NCBI GenBank assembly: GCA_965218785.1
Contig: OZ244650.1
Location: 1,632,001 to 1,696,000, forward strand
DNA from: Nitrosopumilus sp.
GTDB lineage: Archaea; Thermoproteota; Nitrososphaeria; Nitrososphaerales; Nitrosopumilaceae
Length of the DNA: 64,000 nt
Direction: 5' to 3'
The notes below the pieces were generated by a model. The model saw nothing but the letters and a program-made list of their open reading frames with translations. It was not told the DNA's origin and did not search any database. Shown here one piece after another: positions 21,014-30,923 of the stretch. Position numbers and translations under genes: made by a program. Within the stretch, counting starts at the first letter, position 1; each line of letters starts with the position of its first letter.

Positions 21014-22159
21014 ATGTCTCAGAGATCTCACAAGGTAGAAAAGGATGTCAATGCATCCACGGCTAACAGACTGCTTGTGATCTGCGTCGATAGGGACAAT
21101 GATGTAGGGGAGAAGGCGGGAATTCTCACACCGGTAATTGGTAGGGATGCATGTATTGAGGCAGCGCAGAGGCTGGCCTTGGAAGATCCAGAGGATGCAG
21201 ACTCTAACTCAATTTTTTCAGCAATCAAGACGTATGAGGATTTAATCAGCAAGGGCTACCAGGTTGAGGTGGTAACTGTTGCAGGAGTCAAGAACAGGGG
21301 GGTTCAAGCTGATGAAAAGATTCTTGCTGAGACAAAAAAAATTCTGGAAAAATTTTCTGCCAATGGTGCGGTCATAGTTTCTGATGGGGAGGACGATGAG
21401 AGTGTTATTCCGGTAATTCAGAACGTCTTGCCAGTTGTTTCAGTACAACGCGTCGTAATGAAGGTAAGTAGAAGCGTAGAGTATTCTTATGCGGTCTTTG
21501 GAAAATACCTGAAAATGATTGCGTATGATTCACGATATTCAAAATTCTTTTTGGGTGTTCCAGGAATGCTTTTGTTAATTGGCGGGGTTGCAAGCATATT
21601 TGACTTGACCACGGAAATATTTGCGGTTCTTGTAAGTATTTTGGGCGGGGCATTTCTGATCAGGGCATTTGATATTGACAGGGTATGGTCAAGCTGGTCA
21701 AAACCAACTCCGATGGGTTTTATTAGATTTTTTACGATGGTTGCAGGAGTACTGATAATTCTCTCATCGGTGCCGGCAGGTGTCAGTACGGTGGACATAG
21801 AACTCATTGAAGCAGATGTGGAGGTCATCGCAAAGATTACAGACAAGGTAATCATCGGTCAGTTTGTTGCAGGGGCGTTACCGGTTTTGTGGATTGGGAT
21901 GGGCGCAATATTTGCCGGAACGCTACTTAGTAACTGGATTGGAGGAATTCCAAGACAGATAAGTGACGTCTTGCGAATTATCGTTTTAATATCGCTTTAT
22001 CCCACCATATTCCAGTTTACCAACATAATGATTTATGATGAAAGCTCATTTACTCTGATTCCTCCTTTGATAGGGGGGCTAGCGGTAACTCTGATTTCAG
22101 CTACAATTCTCTTTAAGAGATACAGAAAACACAAAGATCAAGAGATGGTTTCAGACTAA
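21014..22159 (+). CDS. DUF373 family membrane protein
   Basis: LLVICVDRDND, DPEDADSN, SDGEDDE, multiple C-terminal TMs. Confidence 0.9.
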   Translation: MSQRSHKVEKDVNASTANRLLVICVDRDNDVGEKAGILTPVIGRDACIEAAQRLALEDPEDADSNSIFSAIKTYEDLISKGYQVEVVTVAGVKNRGVQADEKILAETKKILEKFSANGAVIVSDGEDDESVIPVIQNVLPVVSVQRVVMKVSRSVEYSYAVFGKYLKMIAYDSRYSKFFLGVPGMLLLIGGVASIFDLTTEIFAVLVSILGGAFLIRAFDIDRVWSSWSKPTPMGFIRFFTMVAGVLIILSSVPAGVSTVDIELIEADVEVIAKITDKVIIGQFVAGALPVLWIGMGAIFAGTLLSNWIGGIPRQISDVLRIIVLISLYPTIFQFTNIMIYDESSFTLIPPLIGGLAVTLISATILFKRYRKHKDQEMVSD

Positions 22160-22254
22160 ATTTGTCCGAATTCTCAGGGTGGATTTCTGAAAACACTGAT
22201 ATCATCATAGTATCAATTATCAAAAGGTGAGAAGATATCGGCAAAATAAAAGAA

Positions 22255-23028
22255 ATGATCTTTCAGTTATCAGGCCTCTACAAGATCTATGGAAAAAGAC
22301 TCGAAAGTGAGATCCAAAACGGGGATATTCCAAACCATGTCGCCTTAATTCTAGACGGGAACAGAAGATGGGCCAAAAGACACCTGTCAGTACCGAAAAC
22401 AGGGCACTGGAAGGGAGCTGACGCAGTTGAGAACCTTCTTGACTGGTGTGAGGAATTCGATATCAAGATTGTCACATTATATGCGCTTTCAGCGGAGAAT
22501 TTGGATAGAAATGATGACGAACTAGGGCAACTCTATGAATTAATTCGTATGAGACTCGAAAAATTATACAATGATCCGAGAATTCACAGATGTAAGATGA
22601 GGGTGAAGGGTATTGGCAGAATCGAGCTGTTACCGGACTCTATCAAGGAAATTTTAAAGCAGCTAGATGATGCTACAAAAAATTATGACCGCCATTTTCT
22701 AAACATAGCATTGGCGTATGGAGGACAGTACGAGTTGGTGGATGCTGTAAAGAAGATCGGGGAGAAGATCAGGGACGGTTCCCTAAAAGTTGATGAGATA
22801 AATAAAAAGGAGATTGAATCAAATTTGTACACATCACATTTACCGCAGTCATCCCCGGATATGATTCTACGAACATCGGGGGAAAAAAGACTGAGCGGGT
22901 TTTTAATATGGCAGAGTGCATACAGTGAACTAGTCTTTATGGATATTTTCTGGCCAGAATTTAGAAAAATAGATTTGATGAGGGCAATCAGGACTTTTCA
23001 AGAAAGAAAAAGGAGGCTTGGAAAATGA
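22255..23028 (+). CDS. uppS: Cis-prenyltransferase (undecaprenyl diphosphate synthase family)
   Basis: HVALILDGNRRWA, LSAEN, RTSGEKRLSGFLIWQ. Confidence 0.96.
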   Translation: MIFQLSGLYKIYGKRLESEIQNGDIPNHVALILDGNRRWAKRHLSVPKTGHWKGADAVENLLDWCEEFDIKIVTLYALSAENLDRNDDELGQLYELIRMRLEKLYNDPRIHRCKMRVKGIGRIELLPDSIKEILKQLDDATKNYDRHFLNIALAYGGQYELVDAVKKIGEKIRDGSLKVDEINKKEIESNLYTSHLPQSSPDMILRTSGEKRLSGFLIWQSAYSELVFMDIFWPEFRKIDLMRAIRTFQERKRRLGK

Positions 23029-23444
23029 TTGAGGAAACCTCGGCAGGTGTCGTATTGTTTAGAAGGGAAAACTCAAAAATTTTGTTTTTGCTCCTGCATT
23101 ATCCCTCCGGACACTGGGATTTTGTAAAAGGAAAGATGGAAAAGGGGGAATCAACCCGTGAGACGGCAGTCAGGGAAACAAAAGAAGAGACAGGCATTAC
23201 GGACATTACATTTTTAGAAAATTTTGAAGAGTGGATTAAATACGACTTTCAATATCAGGGGGAACTGGTTCGCAAAAAGGTGGTATTTTTCTTGGCTGAA
23301 ACAAAAACTAAAAAAGTGACCATATCACATGAGCATCTCAATCATACATGGATGGATTATGACACATCTATGGAAAAAACCACGTTTGAGAATGCAAAAA
23401 AGGTGTTAAGAAAGGCACGGATGCTACTTGCCAATACCCTGTAA
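23025..23444 (+). CDS. NUDIX hydrolase, Ap4A-hydrolase-like
   Basis: HWDFVKG followed by a Nudix box ending AVRETKEETG. Confidence 0.9.
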   Translation: MIEETSAGVVLFRRENSKILFLLLHYPSGHWDFVKGKMEKGESTRETAVRETKEETGITDITFLENFEEWIKYDFQYQGELVRKKVVFFLAETKTKKVTISHEHLNHTWMDYDTSMEKTTFENAKKVLRKARMLLANTL

Positions 23445-24164
23445 CTGCAGTTGTTTTACTACGCCGAGGGGATCCTTGGCATTTAGGATGCTTCTGCCGA
23501 CAATCAGGTAGTTTGCTCCAGATGAGACTACCTTATCTGCGCTTCCACCTTGAGTGCCAACGCCGGGAGAAAAAATACCCAGTTTTTTTCCTGCCTTTTT
23601 AGAACAATACTGTATAATGTCGGGAAATGTAGCACCTACCACGATTCCATCTACCTTGGCATCCAGGGCCCAGTCAAGGAACAGCTGATATAGTCGCTGC
23701 TTTTTTCGCACTCTTACCTCCATGTCATATGATAGTCTGGCCTCAGGTGCACTCATGTGGCATAAAGTTATGACACCTCGCTCATTTTTACGGGCAGACC
23801 TTACCAATTTTTTCAAGCTGTCTAGTCCCATTATCGGATTTACAATAACTGCATCAAATCCCAAGTTCCAAAGATGGTCGGCAGTCACTTGATTGGTATT
23901 TCCAATGTCATTGAGTTTGATGTCTGCAATGGTTTGCAGGCCATATTTATGAGCCGTCTTGTTGATTTTAAGAATCTCCTTGCCACCCAGGGGGAGGAGC
24001 AGATGAAAGTTTAATTTGATTCCACAGAGAAAGGGGTGTAACTGTATAATGTTTTTGATGGTCTTTGCTTCCAAATTTTTAACGGAGAGATCATAATCAT
24101 TAGCAAGAACCACGTTTCCGCGTATTTTTGATAGTTTTTCTAATCTAGTTTTGAAGGTGACCAT
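23424..24164 (-). CDS. pyrF: Orotidine 5'-phosphate decarboxylase
   Basis: IADIKLNDIGNT, SPGVGTQGG, IVGRSI. Confidence 0.93.
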   Translation of the reverse strand: MVTFKTRLEKLSKIRGNVVLANDYDLSVKNLEAKTIKNIIQLHPFLCGIKLNFHLLLPLGGKEILKINKTAHKYGLQTIADIKLNDIGNTNQVTADHLWNLGFDAVIVNPIMGLDSLKKLVRSARKNERGVITLCHMSAPEARLSYDMEVRVRKKQRLYQLFLDWALDAKVDGIVVGATFPDIIQYCSKKAGKKLGIFSPGVGTQGGSADKVVSSGANYLIVGRSILNAKDPLGVVKQLQLQGIGK

Positions 24165-24831
24165 AATCAACTAACGGATGCGTGTCCTTTAATTTTATTA
24201 TTTTGATGTAGGAATAACCGTGTTCTGATGGGTTTTCTACAAAAAGGGGTTCAGAACTGTTGGCCGGTGAGAACTTCATGAAGGGTTTTTTCGGATCGCT
24301 ATTTAACACCACATGGCAAAAGTAAGAGGTCCCCTCTTCATTAAAGTTCATGAAAACCCCAATAAGCCATTTATCATTGCGTGGGAATAAAAATAATGGA
24401 AAGGGAACTTCGTCAAAACCCCAAGTAAGTTTTGCAAGACTAGATATGTCTTCTAATTCAATTGGCTGGTATCTATCAAGGGTTCCATTGCCGGGTTTCA
24501 GGGTTTTTGGGAGGGATTTGATTCGAATTATAGGGGAGTAAAGTTTGCTGGCATCAGAGGTGGAATCAACAATTTGAGACTCTTCTTTTCCCCCTTTTAG
24601 CCCATAGCAGAGATAATGACCGTGGTGTTCCAAGGGAGTGTAATATACAATGGGTTTTTCTTTGAGGACATCCATCTGTACGGACAGTATTTTCTGTCCG
24701 TCATGATCATGCAAGAAAGATACGCGTGGTGCACGCTCAAGGGCACAGACGAGCCTAGAGAATTCCAGTGTTGAACTGACCTGAATATAACGCGGCAGTT
24801 TATCATTGGAGGGGTTTTTTAATTCTTCCAC
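24145..24831 (-). CDS. Hypothetical protein between purA and pyrF
   Basis: Clean 228-aa ORF, co-directional and overlapping pyrF. Confidence 0.8.
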   Translation of the reverse strand: MEELKNPSNDKLPRYIQVSSTLEFSRLVCALERAPRVSFLHDHDGQKILSVQMDVLKEKPIVYYTPLEHHGHYLCYGLKGGKEESQIVDSTSDASKLYSPIIRIKSLPKTLKPGNGTLDRYQPIELEDISSLAKLTWGFDEVPFPLFLFPRNDKWLIGVFMNFNEEGTSYFCHVVLNSDPKKPFMKFSPANSSEPLFVENPSEHGYSYIKIIKLKDTHPLVDYGHLQN

Positions 24832-24879
24832 AGGATTGCTTGTAGGATATCAAATTAAACTTATCCAAAAATTTGGAGC

Positions 24880-25881
24880 CTAGCTTCTTTTATCAACAAC
24901 ATCCCGGATATCCGGACCAGTTCCAATAATTGTCACAGGCGTGTCTAATTTGACCTCGATGTTTTTTATGAATGCTTTTGCATCATCGGTTAGCTCATCA
25001 AAAGAGGTTTTGCCTGCACACTCTGGAAAAAGAACGTCTAATTTTGTTATGGAGATTTGTGTCGCACCATTAAGCATGATTGCGCGTCGTGCCAGATCAA
25101 AATCAAAGTCAGCTGCACGCCTCTGGCGTCCGGTTACGGTGCCAAATTCGGACCATCCTTTTTTTTCAGCCTCGTCAACTGAAAGTTCATTCTCAAGGGG
25201 GCCGGTACCAACACGCGTGACATATGATTTGAAGACAACAATTACTTCATCGACCTTGGTAGGACCTAGGCCGACATCGGCGCATATTCCAGATGCAGTC
25301 ACATCCTTTGAGGTTACAAACGGATATGTACCATGCCACAATGAAAGAAAGGTTCCCTGCGTACCCTCGACTAGGACATTTTCATTTGCACAAAGGGCGG
25401 AATTTATCTCCGCTGGGACATCTGTGACAAGTGAGGACAGCGAATCAATGTCTTTTGCCAGTTTTAAAATCCTCATGGCCCTATCAGCATTAGCAGGACC
25501 CGTACCAGAACCGGTGCTTCCGATTTTTTCTTTTAATTCTCCCTGAGAGTCACGTATCAGATGGGTTTTCTCAATAATGCCACAGTGTCTATCAACAAAT
25601 GAACGTCCCGACACGTTAAAATCCCGGATTTCTTTTTGTAGTACTTCAGGATTAATGACGACTCCTGGACCGATCATTATTTTGGCATTCTTGTTAAGAA
25701 ACCCACTTGGAAGCATACGAACCTTGTAAACCCTGTCGCCGTCCCTGATTGTATGACCTGCATTTGGACCAGCTCCGCCACGTACGATGATTTTTGGATT
25801 GTCTTTTATTGCCAAATAAGAGATGATCTTTCCTTTGCCTTCATCTCCAAAAAATCCGCCTACAACTACAGTGGATGTCAT
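24880..25881 (-). CDS. purA: Adenylosuccinate synthetase (short archaeal form)
   Basis: GDEGKGK, GPNAGHT, EGTQG, GTVTGRQRR. Confidence 0.97.
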   Translation of the reverse strand: MTSTVVVGGFFGDEGKGKIISYLAIKDNPKIIVRGGAGPNAGHTIRDGDRVYKVRMLPSGFLNKNAKIMIGPGVVINPEVLQKEIRDFNVSGRSFVDRHCGIIEKTHLIRDSQGELKEKIGSTGSGTGPANADRAMRILKLAKDIDSLSSLVTDVPAEINSALCANENVLVEGTQGTFLSLWHGTYPFVTSKDVTASGICADVGLGPTKVDEVIVVFKSYVTRVGTGPLENELSVDEAEKKGWSEFGTVTGRQRRAADFDFDLARRAIMLNGATQISITKLDVLFPECAGKTSFDELTDDAKAFIKNIEVKLDTPVTIIGTGPDIRDVVDKRS

Positions 25882-25959
25882 GCTGTTGGGGCTTTATTTC
25901 GTTTATTTAAGCTAAGTATCCATATATGATTTTTATCCAGCAGTAATTCTTTTAGAGAT

Positions 25960-26421
25960 ATGGTCGAAGAAAATTTTGCCGGAAATATCATAATCAATTT
26001 GGCCAGTCTTCCAGATTTTCTCAGAAATCCTATTTTGAAAAAAAGAATGGTGGAATTTTTTTCACTCTCAGAACCAGAAAAAGTGGAGATCATCAACAAT
26101 GCATTAGAGGCAGGGCCGACTATTCCGTTTCCGAACTTTGCCAAACTGTTTAAAACATGGCTTAAAATTTTGGCGACCCTTTTAGAAGATCAAAGGGATG
26201 GGTTATTTTCAGCATATATTAACGAGGTATCGCAATATCCACAAAAATTAATTACGTTCAATCTAGATGGAATTCTTGAGATCTTTTTAACATTAGACGA
26301 AAATGAAAAGGAAGTACTTGGCAGCAGCATTAAAAAAGTCATAGGCAATCTTGATGAAGAGAAAAGAAGAAGGATTATGTTAGTGATACCAGATAATGCC
26401 AAACAGCACTTGAAAATTTAG
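25960..26421 (+). CDS. Hypothetical protein
   Basis: 153-aa ORF divergent from purA with plausible composition. Confidence 0.8.
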   Translation: MVEENFAGNIIINLASLPDFLRNPILKKRMVEFFSLSEPEKVEIINNALEAGPTIPFPNFAKLFKTWLKILATLLEDQRDGLFSAYINEVSQYPQKLITFNLDGILEIFLTLDENEKEVLGSSIKKVIGNLDEEKRRRIMLVIPDNAKQHLKI

Positions 26422-26702
26422 GCACCAGCCGCAGGCTCGTCAGGCTTTCTATTGTCTTCATTGGTATAATCAATTATCTCCCCTTCAGGAGACAGTACTC
26501 CAACGAAGATTTTTTCATGTTTTTTCAATAATTTTCTATGATCAGACATGGACATGTCAAGTTTCATTTCATTCATTACCATCACTTGGTATTCCTTCCA
26601 TTCTGCCCAGCATTTGTTACATGTGGGATATTTTTCAGCGACAATGCCAAGTGTCTCATTATCTGGAATGGGGTTCTTACATTTTGTGCAGGTTCGACTC
26701 AT
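26418..26702 (-). CDS. Fe(II)-trafficking YggX-like protein
   Basis: RTCTKC...CNKCWAEWKEYQVMVMNEMKLDM matches the YggX W..W...Q.M.INE..L pattern. Confidence 0.8.
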   Translation of the reverse strand: MSRTCTKCKNPIPDNETLGIVAEKYPTCNKCWAEWKEYQVMVMNEMKLDMSMSDHRKLLKKHEKIFVGVLSPEGEIIDYTNEDNRKPDEPAAGA

Positions 26703-26857
26703 AGAAATTAGCAATAATAAACTCCTTTTATCTTTTTTTGAACATTATACAGCAAAATACCGTATCATTCAGAATATACAACAAATATTCACGTCAATAA
26801 CGTCTAAAATCAAAGCTGATTGAATTTCTAATTATGGTTTGTATGGTTTTACTATCT

Positions 26858-27359
26858 TCATGTTATACCCTTCTGATTATAATTATCTAGTTTCAACACA
26901 CCTTTGTCTTCGGTAAAAAACTTCTCACATCTTAGATTAGAAGCGACCATCAAATGGATGAAATCCATTGATCCAGGCAATTTCTTGCCGTAAAAGTCAA
27001 TCAAACTTGAGCCGGGTACATGTTCTACAAAATTAATCAAGGTTTTAGGATCAATCTTATCAAACTCTTTGTCTGGAAATTCTGTGTTTGGAAATGAAAG
27101 CATGGTTTCTTTTATTGTATTGTGTATTGCTGACACTTCATCCATTGCTTTGCGTGCCTCATCAAAATCATTTATTTTTTCTATCACCAAACTCAGAACA
27201 TGGTAGATTTCCAATTGTTGTTTGAGAAACAATCAATCTGAATTCGCCTGATTTTACTTTGTTAAACATATGGTTTGTTTCTGGTCTAATTGTGAAAGGA
27301 TCTTGAAATTTATTTAGATACAGCATTGTATCAAAATAAACTCTAACCGCGTCTGTCAT
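26858..27359 (-). pseudogene. PIN-domain (VapC-like) nuclease, frameshifted near 27213
   Basis: VYFDT...VSQTTI lies in one frame; EIYHVL...MDFIHLMVASNLRCEKFFTEDK lies in the other. Confidence 0.8.
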
Positions 27360-28050
27360 CTTTTAAGAGTTCTTCAAAATTAAAATTTTTGAGAATTGAC
27401 GTTTTTTTGGCAATAAGTCCTGATGATTCATCAATGATATTTGGAAGTATCATGGGAAGTTCGTTTAATCCCAAGGATTTCATCATATTCAATCGCACAT
27501 CCAAGTCATTGAATGATGGAGACAATGGTTTAACATCACTGCTAACAGGCTTCATCCCAACTTTATCATCAAAATTTTCTTCAAATTCTGGACTTAATCT
27601 GGAATATAATTCGGTAATTTTCTTATTTACTTTCGGTTTGATTTCACTGTTTATCGTAGTCTCTGGAAATAAATCATATGAGACTGCAACAACTTCATCT
27701 GCCGCATATTGATTTAATGTTTGAACCAATGTTTCAATTTTTGGGCTCATCTCCAAGATAGATTCATTTTCAAATGCATGACTTTTATTCACAAGAGACA
27801 GATCATCTCTTTTTGAAAATATTGATTTGTTTATATTGAGAATTCCTTGGTTTTTCATATTTTGCAATAATGGTTCCAAACCTACAACATTGACTCCAAA
27901 ATGATCAGGTTTGAATCTGAATGGGGATTCTTTTTGATTTTTTTCAAATAATTTGCATACAAGATGAAGTATTTTTACAAATTTGGTTTTACCTCGGATG
28001 ACATCTATGGAGGATAGAATTTTTAAAACTAATTCTTCTTGCTGATTCAT
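27343..28050 (-). CDS. SocA/DUF4065 (Panacea)-like winged-helix protein, putative antitoxin
   Basis: GKTKFVKILHL...FRFKPDHFG...L..M...GIL resembles the DUF4065 pattern; overlaps the PIN gene start. Confidence 0.6.
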   Translation of the reverse strand: MNQQEELVLKILSSIDVIRGKTKFVKILHLVCKLFEKNQKESPFRFKPDHFGVNVVGLEPLLQNMKNQGILNINKSIFSKRDDLSLVNKSHAFENESILEMSPKIETLVQTLNQYAADEVVAVSYDLFPETTINSEIKPKVNKKITELYSRLSPEFEENFDDKVGMKPVSSDVKPLSPSFNDLDVRLNMMKSLGLNELPMILPNIIDESSGLIAKKTSILKNFNFEELLKDDRRG

Positions 28051-28328
28051 CTTGTATTTCCTCCAGTCATTGTGCTCACATGATAATCAAAAAATATGAC
28101 GCTTTTTGGCATTCATATGAGCACAAGATATAATTATTTAAACCACGCGAATCATCGTTTTGCAGTTTTCTTAATATCTGATCTTATTGGTGATTTTTAG
28201 ATTGGACTTGTGCATGATAGTTTATTCAAGAACAGAAAAATCATCATTATGTTAGAAAAGTCATCAAAAATACAATTAAAAATTCAATTATGCATAGACT
28301 ATAATAATTATTATGAGTAGAATTTTTC

Positions 28329-28538
28329 ATGAAGATAAAATGCCCAAAATGCAAAAAGAATGCAGAATTGGCAATGGATTTTTCCTTGGTAAAATGTGGT
28401 TCTTGTGATTTGGAGATGAGTTATGGGGAATATGTAAAATTTGTGGCACATAACGAGGCCAAATATTCAGATATTCTTGGGGATTATGCAGGCAGTACAG
28501 AGGGTCAATCTTCAGGTTCCTTGGATGAATGGGATTAA
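28329..28538 (+). CDS. Small zinc-ribbon protein
   Basis: CPKC...CGSC with an acidic tail. Confidence 0.8.
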   Translation: MKIKCPKCKKNAELAMDFSLVKCGSCDLEMSYGEYVKFVAHNEAKYSDILGDYAGSTEGQSSGSLDEWD

Positions 28539-28598
28539 CAACATGGTAAAAACATTCAGCAGATTAAAATAATTAGCTTGACAGATTTCTAAACATCA

Positions 28599-29234
28599 TT
28601 GGAATTTTTATTAGAAAACATACTTAATCTCATAGGATTTTTGGTGGGACTTGTCATAGGAATAATGTCAATTATCGGATATAGGAATACGGGAAGCCCC
28701 ACGTTATTTAGATTGTCAATTGCGTTTTTTTCAATAAGCTTGGGATTCTTTGTGATATGGGCAGGATACATAGCAGAAGACTTTGTTTTAAAATCAGGAA
28801 ACATAGAAAGATGGGTTCAAACTTTGGGAATTGGAATTCAGACAGTCGGATATTTTTTCATTGCATTTTCACACAGCATAAAATCATTTTTCCCAAAATC
28901 AAGATACTTTAGATCGATTGGGATTTTTCCATTATTCCTGGTTTCGTCTGTTCAGTTGGAACATATATTCAGATCAGTTTCATTTGTTTTGCTAGCATAC
29001 GGCGCAGTTGAAACGGTGTTGTCTTGTTTTGAAAATAAAAACAGGGGCGCAATTTCAGTAGCTGTGGGATTAGGTTTGCTGGCATTTGGGGAATTCTTGG
29101 GATGGTATTCATTTTTGTTCCCAGAATCAATCCTATACCCTGCATCAATGACAATCAAGATTGGAGGACTAGTTGCACTGTTCATTCCTGTAAGTAAGAT
29201 ACCATTGACTAGGATAAAATTTGATGAAGAGTGA
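28599..29234 (+). CDS. Multi-pass membrane protein
   Basis: About seven hydrophobic segments; upstream of a wHTH regulator. Confidence 0.8.
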   Translation: MEFLLENILNLIGFLVGLVIGIMSIIGYRNTGSPTLFRLSIAFFSISLGFFVIWAGYIAEDFVLKSGNIERWVQTLGIGIQTVGYFFIAFSHSIKSFFPKSRYFRSIGIFPLFLVSSVQLEHIFRSVSFVLLAYGAVETVLSCFENKNRGAISVAVGLGLLAFGEFLGWYSFLFPESILYPASMTIKIGGLVALFIPVSKIPLTRIKFDEE

Positions 29235-29361
29235 TTAAAATGATTTCAACTAGGCTCAAAATTCATAGTAAATAATGTTGTCAATTTCTTTTATCTTTTT
29301 AGTATATTGGAAAATATCATTGTCCTATCATAGAAATTAAAACTATAATCAGATAGAGAAA

Positions 29362-29649
29362 ATGGCAGAATATAGAACCCATATGAAAATTATTGGCGAC
29401 ATTCTAGCGACAACCCGAGATGATCTGCAAGATGAGGATGGGGCATCAGTCACTTATCTGATTAGAAAAGCAAACATCTCCCATTCTAGAATTTCAAGAA
29501 TTCTAAAAACGCTAGTATCACAAGGACTCTTAGAACAGATAGACACTCGGGGTTCAAATAAATACAAAATCAGTCAATCAGGTCGGGAATTTCTTCAGGC
29601 CTACTATACGTTTACAAACTTTGCAGATAGCTTTGGATTGAGCATCTAG
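29362..29649 (+). CDS. Winged-helix transcription regulator
   Basis: YRTHMKIIGDIL...KANISHSRI...YKISQSGREFL. Confidence 0.9.
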   Translation: MAEYRTHMKIIGDILATTRDDLQDEDGASVTYLIRKANISHSRISRILKTLVSQGLLEQIDTRGSNKYKISQSGREFLQAYYTFTNFADSFGLSI

Positions 29650-29726
29650 TCATCTGTTTCTTCAAATTCATCTTCAAAATCATCTTCAAAATCCCTATTT
29701 TCATGATCAACTGATGATTCAAACAT
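29646..29726 (-). CDS. 26-aa acidic microprotein MFESSVDHENRDFEDDFEDEFEETDD (not in ORF track)
   Basis: The ORF fills the gap, its stop overlaps the convergent wHTH stop, and it has a periodic F-E/D pattern. Confidence 0.5.
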   Translation of the reverse strand: MFESSVDHENRDFEDDFEDEFEETDD

Positions 29727-29805
29727 ACATTACAAATGAAAATTCATTATTATTAAAAATTTATTCAAAAGTAAATGATAATAAAACAAAAAAAGAGCAG
29801 AATAA

Positions 29806-30405
29806 ATGTTGAAAGTAAGTTGTAATGCGGATGGGATTGAAAAGGCATCTCAAATTATCCACAAAGGAGGAGTCATAGTCTTTCCAACAGACACGGTATA
29901 TGGAATAGGATGTGATCCGTATAACAAGGATTCAGTAAAAAAAATCTATGAAATCAAATCCAGGGACGTATCAAAACCATTACCGGTTCTTGCATATTCA
30001 AAAGCGGTTGCAGAAAGAATTGTTATTTTTGATGAGCTTTCTGGGAAACTTGCAGAGAAATTTTGGCCCGGAGCATTGACGATTATTTTGAAATTAAAAG
30101 ATCAAAATCTAAGGGAATCATTAAACTTGACTGATAAAATTGCCATAAGAGTTCCCAATCATAATTGCACATTAGAATTGCTGAAAAAATGCAATTTCCT
30201 AGTGGGCACTAGTGCAAATATTTCAGGACAGATGCCATTTACAAATCCTGATGAGCACTTGAGTGATCTTCAGAAATATGATGTTTTTATTGATGGCGGC
30301 ATAATTGCAAGCAATGCAGAATCAACCATAATTGAAATAGAGGATGGAAAAATCAGAATCATCCGAGAAGGTTCGTTGGATAGGGAGGAGATTTTAGGAA
30401 AATGA
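29806..30405 (+). CDS. sua5: Threonylcarbamoyl-AMP synthase (Sua5/YrdC)
   Basis: FPTDTVYGIGC, KSR..KPL, FWPGALT, TSANISG. Confidence 0.95.
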   Translation: MLKVSCNADGIEKASQIIHKGGVIVFPTDTVYGIGCDPYNKDSVKKIYEIKSRDVSKPLPVLAYSKAVAERIVIFDELSGKLAEKFWPGALTIILKLKDQNLRESLNLTDKIAIRVPNHNCTLELLKKCNFLVGTSANISGQMPFTNPDEHLSDLQKYDVFIDGGIIASNAESTIIEIEDGKIRIIREGSLDREEILGK

Positions 30406-30923
30406 ATTTGATCATTACCTGTGCCAGACATCTTGAACCTGAAACTGAAGAAGAGATAAGAGGAATCCTAGGGAAGTTCGGGGATTCTGATGTAAAAATC
30501 TCAATAACAGAAATGTCGGGGATTTTAACTGCTAAAACAAATCTTGATCCAGTTGAAGTTATAAAAAAAATTAAAGAAATGATTCTTGATGAGCCTTGGA
30601 GCGTAAGATATTGTCTAAGAATAATACCAATTCAAAGAATCATTGAAACAAAAATCGAAGAGATGGAAAATACAGTCATGGACATATCCAAACAAATTTC
30701 AGAGGATGAAACATACCGGATATCCATAGAAAAAAGAAACTCGAATTTATCCAGTCAGGAGATTATCTCAAAAATAGCAAACAGGTTAAAAAACAAGGTT
30801 TCACTTGAATTTCCTGACAAGATTATCCTAATTGAGATATTAGGCAAGAAGACAGGGGTTTCAATATTGAAAAAATCAGATGTGCTAAGTATTGAAAAAA
30901 CCAAACGGAGTATCTCAGAATAG
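30402..30923 (+). CDS. THUMP-domain RNA-binding protein
   Basis: TYRISIEKR and KVSLEFPDKIILIEILG. Confidence 0.88.
   Translation: MNLIITCARHLEPETEEEIRGILGKFGDSDVKISITEMSGILTAKTNLDPVEVIKKIKEMILDEPWSVRYCLRIIPIQRIIETKIEEMENTVMDISKQISEDETYRISIEKRNSNLSSQEIISKIANRLKNKVSLEFPDKIILIEILGKKTGVSILKKSDVLSIEKTKRSISE

Noticed and set aside
24941-25546. Long antisense ORFs (also 13399-14118, 44479-44958 and others)
   Set aside because: They are shadows of well-supported genes on the opposite strand.
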